From positions 124,806,001 to 124,870,000 of the forward strand of contig NC_042997.1 in assembly GCF_006345805.1 (NCBI RefSeq): DNA of 64,000 bases, given 5' to 3'. Shown here one piece after another: positions 56,451 to 64,000 of this stretch. The translations under genes and the position numbers were made by a program. Position 1 is the first letter of the stretch, and each line of letters opens with the position of its first letter. The notes under the pieces are model-generated. The model worked only from the letters and a program-made list of their open reading frames with translations. It ran no database searches and was not told the origin of the DNA. The stretch comes from Octopus sinensis (taxonomy: Eukaryota).

Positions 56451-56960
56451 TCTCTATATCTATAAACGGCAAAATGTCTGTGTATCTGTCTGTCTGTGTG
56501 TCCTTTATACAAATCCACAGCTTTTCACGTAAAAGGCTCGCATTTTCTTTAGGTTTTCAAAACTGTCTGAGGGTGGTAGTGAAGATCTTTTCATTTCCCC
56601 AGTCACCCCAGAAAGCCATTAAAAAAAATCGATAAACCAACCTCCTTATGCCCATAAGTAATTTTGCGGTCAAATTCGAGTTTTTCGCTTTCTTCTGCAT
56701 CATTTTTTGTCCGACTAATGGCATGTGCACAGTCCCGCTAATTTTCCATGATTATGCCGTTCCAGGTGTGAAAACCAAAGTTCAATAAATATTAATTACT
56801 CTCATAAAAAGCTCCAACTAGCTCATAAACAACAAAACTGGCGCGGGGTGAAATGTGATAAGAAGCTTAGCTCTTGATTTAGCGAGAAATTTTTACTACG
56901 ACCTGGCAACGAACAACAAGCACTAGCACTAGATCCGGCAACGCCGGGTCATAGTGCCAG
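56451..56960 (+). mobile_element. Non-autonomous Helitron-like element
   Basis: A|TCtctatatctataaacggc at the 5' end; gatccggcaacgccgggtcatagtgCCAG|T at the 3' end. Shares both termini with 27389-27722. Confidence 0.72.
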
Positions 56961-57540
56961 TCTTCCATAAAGAAGATTTTATAAACGATCATTTAATCCG
57001 TTGTTATCTTAAAATAATAAGAATAATTTCTTATTTAAACAAATATTGTAGCACAGATTTCAACGAAGACACTAAATTTATAATACGGATCAACCATTGT
57101 GATTTATTCTCTACAGTAACTGCTTCTTTCAAAATCCAAACTTGTATATAAAGACGTGAGGGGAATTTCCTTTCAAGCTTCTTACATATCATATATAGAT
57201 ATGTGAATAGCAAAATTGCGTAAAACCATGCATGTAAATCGCGGTGAATTGTTACTGTAGAAGTAAAATTTAACGCAATAGCTGAAGGCTTTTACGAGGC
57301 AGTTTCGGTAAGAGAAGCAACACTCAAGGTTAATGTTGTTACAGGCGTTGGAATAAAATACAATATCGCGGTGAGGGATTATTTTGAAAGAAAAATTTTG
57401 CTGATATGTATAACATGTTTAAGTTTAAAGTAATTTTATTTCTGTTAAAATGTTTTTGGTATCTATGATTTTATGAGGAAACAAGCAAAGAAATTAACTA
57501 TAAGAGAAACATTTAATACGTAATACTTGTTATAATAATT

Positions 57541-57920
57541 TACTCCTTTACTCTTTTACTTGTTTCAGTCATTTGACTGCGGCCATGCTGGGGCACCACC
57601 TTTAGTCGAGCAAATCGACCCAAGGACTTATCCTTTGGAAGCCTAGTACTTATTCTATCGTTTTCTTTTACCGAACAGCTTAAGTTACGGGGACGTAGAC
57701 ACACCACCATCGATTGTCAGGCAATATTGGGGTACAAACACAGACACACAAACATATACACACACATACATATATAAATATATATATATACATACATATA
57801 CGACGGGCTTCTTTCAGTTTCAGTCTACTAAATCCACTCACAAGGATTTGGTCGGGCCGAGGCTATAGTAAAAGACACTTGCCCAAGGTGCCACGCAGAG
57901 GGAATGAACCCGGAACCATG
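57541..57920 (-). mobile_element. SINE family A, head truncated
   Basis: Collinear with the other copies. Confidence 0.88.
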
Positions 57921-58904
57921 TCGACAGCATTTTTCGTCGGGAAGGAGTTGATAGATCTATTGATCCCTGGTGCAGGACAAGAACTTTACTTTATCGACCT
58001 CGAAGTGATGAAAAACAAATTTAATCTTGGCAGGATCTCAATTATGGATGTAAAGAGTCGGAGAGAAACTACCATTACATATTTTGCCCAATGAACACCA
58101 CTGAATGTGGCCTCATCTGAAGATAACGTTTTGTGATCACGATTTCTGAAGGCAGTAGGTGGGTGTAATTTAAATCCATGCGAATATAAAATAGTCTTGT
58201 ATGCTGAAATTGGTATCGTCTGTGATATATATTATCTGACTTCTCTAAACAACTCTTCTTTTAAATCAGTTTAACTCTTAACTGTTCATGTTAGGCGAAA
58301 CCGTAAAGCAATCATTTCTATAGAAAACTACTCGCCAGGCAGGAAACCATTTATGATCTTCTTCATAAAACTTACTTATTTAATCTTTTAGATACTTTTT
58401 TTATACATATATTCACTATTTCCTCTATCGTTTACTTTTATTTTTTAAAATTCTTTCAATTTATTTTGTATTTATTTTATTTTGAATAATGTTAGTGACT
58501 CTATACTCTCTGTAATTTTATGTTTAACTCGTGTATTCAATGTTGTAGTTTTTTTTTACATTTTCTTTTCATTTCAAAAGAAATATTCTAGAAAATAGTT
58601 TAATCTAAGAACTTTGCTTTTCAGCTGCAATGTATTCTTTTCAGTCGTAGTATATAAGTTAGTTGACAGTCAAACAAAACAAGTTCGAGAAAATGCTACT
58701 GCTGCTACTACTACTGCCACTACTATTATTATTATTACTACTTCAACTACTACTAGTACAGTAATTGTAGACACTGTTGTACCCACAACAACACAAGTCT
58801 GCTGACTGAAGTATCGCATATCACGAGATACTCTGAGTAGCAAAAGGGAGACTCGTCAGTATCAAATGTTGGTACAAAATCAGCATGTTATGGTAGGGGA
58901 CACA

Positions 58905-59410
58905 CAAGGACAGACAAACGGATTAAGTCGATTACATCGACCTCAGTGCGTAACTGCTACTTAATTTCTCGACCACGAATGGATGAAAGCAAAGTCGACC
59001 TCGGCGGAATTTGAACTAACAGCGAAATACCTATTTCTTTACTACCCACAAGGGGCTAAACACAGAGAGGGGAAAAACAAGGACAGTCAAATGGATTAAG
59101 TCGATTATATCGACCCCAGTGCATAACTGGTACTTATTTAATCGACCCCGAAAGCATGAAAGGCAAAGTCGAACTCGGCGGAATTTGAACTCAGAACGTT
59201 AAATCAGACGTAATGCGGCTACGCATTTCACCCGGCGTCCTAATGTTTCTGCCAGCTCGCCGCTTAAGACTGGTACTTATTTCTTTCGACCTCGAAAGGA
59301 TAAAATACAAAGTCGACCTCGGCGGAATTTGAACTCAGAACGTAGCGGTAGACGAAATACCTATAAGTATTTCACCAGGCAGGCTAACTATTAAGTCAGC
59401 TCGTCACCTT
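58905..59410 (-). mobile_element. Cluster of SINE family B units
   Basis: Core aaagtcgacctcggcggaatttgaactc repeated three times. Confidence 0.85.
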
Positions 59411-59500
59411 GAAATATCTATATATTACAACAATAGTTTATTCTTACCTACCTACCTTTTGCATAACGCTAAAGGAGATAACACGAATATAGATGTAGAG

Positions 59501-59575
<75 letters not shown>

Positions 59576-60067
59576 ATGGAGGAAATGAGAGTGAGATGTA
59601 GAAACAGAAATGCATGAAAGGGACAGTGCTGAAAGCGAAGAGAGTGGAAAGTTTAAAATGAAAACAGAGGATACGAAAGACTATCGAGATCTTGCAAAGT
59701 CATTGACGTCTCCGATTCTTTGGTTGTCTCATTCACATTTTCTTATTTTAAACACACAAGATTCTGATGTCTTTTCCTTTCACTCTCTCTGTTTCTCTCT
59801 CTCTCTCACACACACATACGCTCTATCCTTTCTTTCTTTCTCACTCTCATCTTGTTTCCCTCTCTCTCACTCTCCCTCTCCCTTTTTCTCCTCTTCTCTC
59901 TCTCTGCAATTGTTTGAATTGTTCCTGAACTGAATTTTCGCCCCCAAAACAGGAAGTGCATGTCAGTATGTATACATAAACGTGTGTGTCAAAGCGTCAG
60001 CGAGTAAGCGTGTGAATGTGTGTGTCTGTGTGTGTCTGAAAATAAAATGTAAATAAAAAAACTATAC

Positions 60068-60141
<74 letters not shown>

Positions 60142-60684
60142 GTTTGTGTGTTTGTGTGTGTGTAAAGGCTATGACAGAATCAGTGTGTAACTACAGACGC
60201 AGTCGTATCTAGCACAGTCATAAATACTGTAAGGTAATTTTCGCTATTATATTAATAAAAGTAAATAAATTATTGTATTCATATACTTTTATTCATTTCG
60301 TATTTGCTGGTTACTGAATTGCGACCATTCGCGAGCATCGCTTTCAAGGAGTCGGTGGAGCACATAAAGTTTAGGACATATTTCATCCATGTGCGTTTGT
60401 CGAACCAGTCACGCAAAGCTGGTTTTAAACAGTATAAAATAATAAACACACCTGTACACGAACGCCCACTCACACACATATACACAGACACATGTGTGTG
60501 TGTGTGTGTGTGTGTGTGTTTATATATAAGAAAAGTTTGTCTCGTTAGCCAGCTGGAGGAGGTATTCCCCTGGGGTTAAAAAAGAGTAGTAACGTCGTTC
60601 CGTACAGAACAGCCATGTTTGAAGCGGCAACAAACACTACTTATATATTTATGTATGTATATATGTATATATATATATTATATA

Positions 60685-60776
<92 letters not shown>

Positions 60777-61859
60777 TGGTTAGTTATATTGTATTAAAAT
60801 AGCAAAAACCACTGAATGTCTTGCCAAAGCATGGCTGTAGCGCACGCAATAACTGAAACTTTTAGAGGAATAAACGAATTAAGAATAATAGAATCATATA
60901 CACATATATATATATATATATTTGTATTGGTCAACATCGACATCGAGGGTATTAGAGGATGTAGACAAGGAAAGAATGACAGAGAAATGTGCGGTGGGTA
61001 GAAGGATTAATCAAAATTGTGAAGGAAAATAGACGAGGCAGGGGTTTAAATTTAGTTACTACGCTAATCAAATTAGATTAAGTTTCTATTTCCTTGACTC
61101 TTTCCTCCTCGGACTTGCCTCGCTGACTGTCCAGTTTAATGACCAATCAGATTATTGAGCGGTCACTTTATTGACCGAGCGTGATTTAGCCAATCGTTTG
61201 TCTATTGCCCACATTTCCGGGCAATCATCGTTATTTCTTCTATTTAATCCAATGCTCTTACAACCCCCTTATCTTTCCATCCCTTACTAGACTCTCTCTA
61301 GGAATCTATTTCATCTAACCGTATTTCCCTTCGCTACTTCCTGTCAGTTATCTGCAGTACATGGTTTTGTCTCTTCTCATCATCCATACACACAAGATAA
61401 CTGAGACAACATTACATTTCAACTATTTCTATTTTCTTTCATTTTAGTTTTGACAGGGTTATATTCATATGCCTTCTATCAAACTCCATCTCCTCTACCT
61501 GTCCTGGTCGTTCAACCCCACCACATCGCTGTGTTGCTCTCCTGAGTATACAGTACATTAGTTACACTTTAAATAGAATATAGAATTTGACATATTTATG
61601 CAGGGATATACCGCAGGAGATTATTGCAATTCCAGTATTCACATACGAATATATATTATTATCATTGCGTTTCTGGAACACATCATAGCTTATTGATGGT
61701 TATATTCATAATCACTAAACTAATATATACATACATATATCGATGCACATAATTTCCCTTAACATACATTCACTCTCAAAAATATACACACAATAAAGAC
61801 GCATATATATATATGTATATATATGTATATATATACATACATGCATACATATATATATA

Positions 61860-61906
<47 letters not shown>

Positions 61907-62071
61907 GTGACACAAACATACGTCACTTGTCAATGTTTTTAATACATCCACACAATACAATCTAATTTAATCTCTTTCATACACTTACATAAATATACTT
62001 ATAAATGTAAACGACTCACTCCTCCCCTTTCTCTCTCTGTCTCTCACTCTCTTTCTCTGTCTCTCTCCCTT

Positions 62072-62170
<99 letters not shown>

Positions 62171-62583
62171 GTATATATTCAAAACCGTAAAAAATAGTAC
62201 AAAGTGTGTAGTAACAACTGTCCATACGAACGTGACTCTACATGAGAAATGTTTATACGGAGAAATCATACATTAAGTCATGGTAAAACACGCGCCTTAA
62301 TATTTATAAGCTTTCCTATGTTTCTGCGTTTGCCTAATCACTTTACATTCCAAATATGACAATTCAAATGATTGCCAAAGTTTCACTCACAAACAACTTC
62401 GTTTGGCTTGTTTTTAAAAGCTCATTTAAACTTATTGAAATGACAACAATTCTTTCTCACTCAAACAATGTTTACAACGCAGACTTGAGAGAAAACTATC
62501 ATGTAGAGAAGGAACAGCATGATGACGAATAGACAAAGAAGAATTTTCATTAAAAAATCTTGATATTCAAGAAGACAGATGTA

Positions 62584-63371
62584 TTGGTTTGTCCGGAAAG
62601 TTCGTGCTGATTTTTAGAGGAAAGAAAATGGTCAATAAATACTTGAACCATTTTGTTGCACAATGCATCTCCTTCTTTCCTTTAACTCGAAAATACCTAT
62701 TTCTTTACTACCTACAAGGGGCTAAACACAGAGAGGACAAACAAAGACGGACAAACGGATTAAGTCGATTATATCGACCCCAGTGCGTAACAGGTTCTTA
62801 ATTTATCGACCCCGAAAGGATGAAAGGCAAAGTCGACCTCAGCGGACTTTGAACTCAGAACGTAACGGCAGACGAAATACCGCTACGCATTTCGCCCGGT
62901 GTGCTAACGTTTCTGCCAGCTCGTCGCCTTATTAACTTGAAAATACCCTCTTTCCAGAATTGAGCTAGATTCATAGCAAAGTATTCATCAAGGTTTCTTT
63001 TTACGTCATCCAAGAATTTGAAATTTTTACCATTAAGACTATTTTGTAGAGACCTAAATAAGTCGAAATCTGAAGGAGCAATATCTGGTGAATATGGAGG
63101 GTGGGGTACAATACCCCAGCCGAGCTGCAGCAATTTTTGTCTGGTTCCCAAAGCATCAAGGGCCGAAAAGGAACTTTCTTATCTTCCATTTTAAAGGGTT
63201 ACAGAATTAACATGGGTTATAAGAACATAAATATTCTTCCACGAAAAGATAGTTTAAACTGTCCTCTAAATGGAGGTGTAGTCAAATCCTATTTTATGGA
63301 CTTAACCATGTTCTAAAATAAGTCGAAAGGCAAGCTACTATAAATCGGCACGAACTTTCCAGACAACCCAA
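62584..63371 (-). mobile_element. Internally deleted mariner (same family as 51032-51608) interrupted by a SINE B
   Basis: TA-flanked TIRs; MEDKKVPFRPLMLW fused to VPHPPYSPDIAPSDFDLFRSLQNSL. Confidence 0.9.
62698..62930 (-). mobile_element. SINE family B inserted in the mariner
   Basis: Flanked by aactcgaaaatacc (62684-62697) and aacttgaaaatacc (62934-62947). Confidence 0.88.
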
Positions 63372-63402
63372 TATAAGTAATTTACTTTAAGCTTTCTTAA
63401 AT

Positions 63403-63980
63403 ATATGTGGTTGTGTGGTAAGACGCTTGTTTCTCAACCGCATGGTCCAGAGTGCAGTCACAGTGCGTAGCACTTTAATCAAGTGTCTTCTGCTAAGGTT
63501 TGGCCAGACCAGAGCCTTGTGAGTGGATTTGGTAGACGGAAACTGAAAGAAGCTCTGAAAGATAAGGCGATGAGCTGGCAGAAACGTTAGCATGCCGGGC
63601 GAAAGGCTTAGCGGTATTTCGTCTGCCGCTACGTTCTGAGTTCAAATTCCGCCGAGGTTGACTTTGCCTTTCATCCTTTCGGGGTCGATAAATTAAGTAA
63701 CAGATACGCACTGGGGTCGATGTAATCGACTTAATCCGTTTGTCTGTCCTTGTTTGTCCCTTCTGTGTTTAGCCCCTTGTGGGTAGTAAAGAAATAGGTA
63801 TTTCGTCTGCCGATCTGAGTTCAAATTCCGTCGAGGTTGAATTTGCCTATCATCCTTTCGGGTTCGATAAATTAATCACCAGTTACACACTGAGGGCGAT
63901 GTAGTCGACTTCATCCCTTTGTCTGTCCTTGTTTGTCCCCCTCTGTGTTTAGCCCCCTGTGGGCAATAAAGAAATAGGAC
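63403..63980 (+). mobile_element. SINE A head followed by a SINE B tandem dimer
   Basis: A head to gaaactgaaagaag (about 63552); B starts aaggcgatgagctggcagaa (about 63564) and its core repeats at about 63800. Confidence 0.85.
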
Positions 63981-64000
63981 ACTGAAAGAAGTTCATCGCA

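Noticed and set aside
58905-59410. Repeated about 30-bp motifs with spacers (CRISPR-like look)
   Set aside because: They are SINE B multimers in a eukaryotic context, with no cas genes or regular unique spacers.
60545-60616. ATG in good context suggesting a signal-peptide first exon (-)
   Set aside because: The actual frame reads MAVLYGNDVTTLFNPRGIPPPAG*. A signal peptide would need both an indel and a repaired donor.

Overview
AT-rich eukaryotic genomic DNA dominated by microsatellites and transposable elements. The SINE inventory and microsatellite density look cephalopod (Octopus-like); this is recognition from memory, not a database result. No bacterial features, CRISPR array, rRNA or bona fide tRNA gene is present, and no intact host gene can be assembled. 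The main feature is a full-length, near-intact Tx1/L1-clade non-LTR retrotransposon on the minus strand (about 41059-47242). It has a long ORF1 with a CCHC knuckle and an ORF2 with APE, RT and a C-terminal Cys/His motif. It abuts a (GATA)n array. A second, twin-primed (5'-inverted) short copy of the same family sits inside another (GATA)n array at 12406-12765, which suggests (GATA)n target specificity. All six frameshifts in the long copy can be repaired by adding one base in a short homopolymer, so it may be intact. Two R4/Dong-like RLE retrotransposon fragments abut (AAT)n arrays. The rest comprises about 30 tRNA-headed SINE copies of several families, five Tc1/mariner relics, two non-autonomous Helitrons, two decayed CR1/L2-group LINEs and a fold-back repeat family. 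There is also a decayed mucin-like exon with a hydrophobic tail and a few weak candidate host exons.
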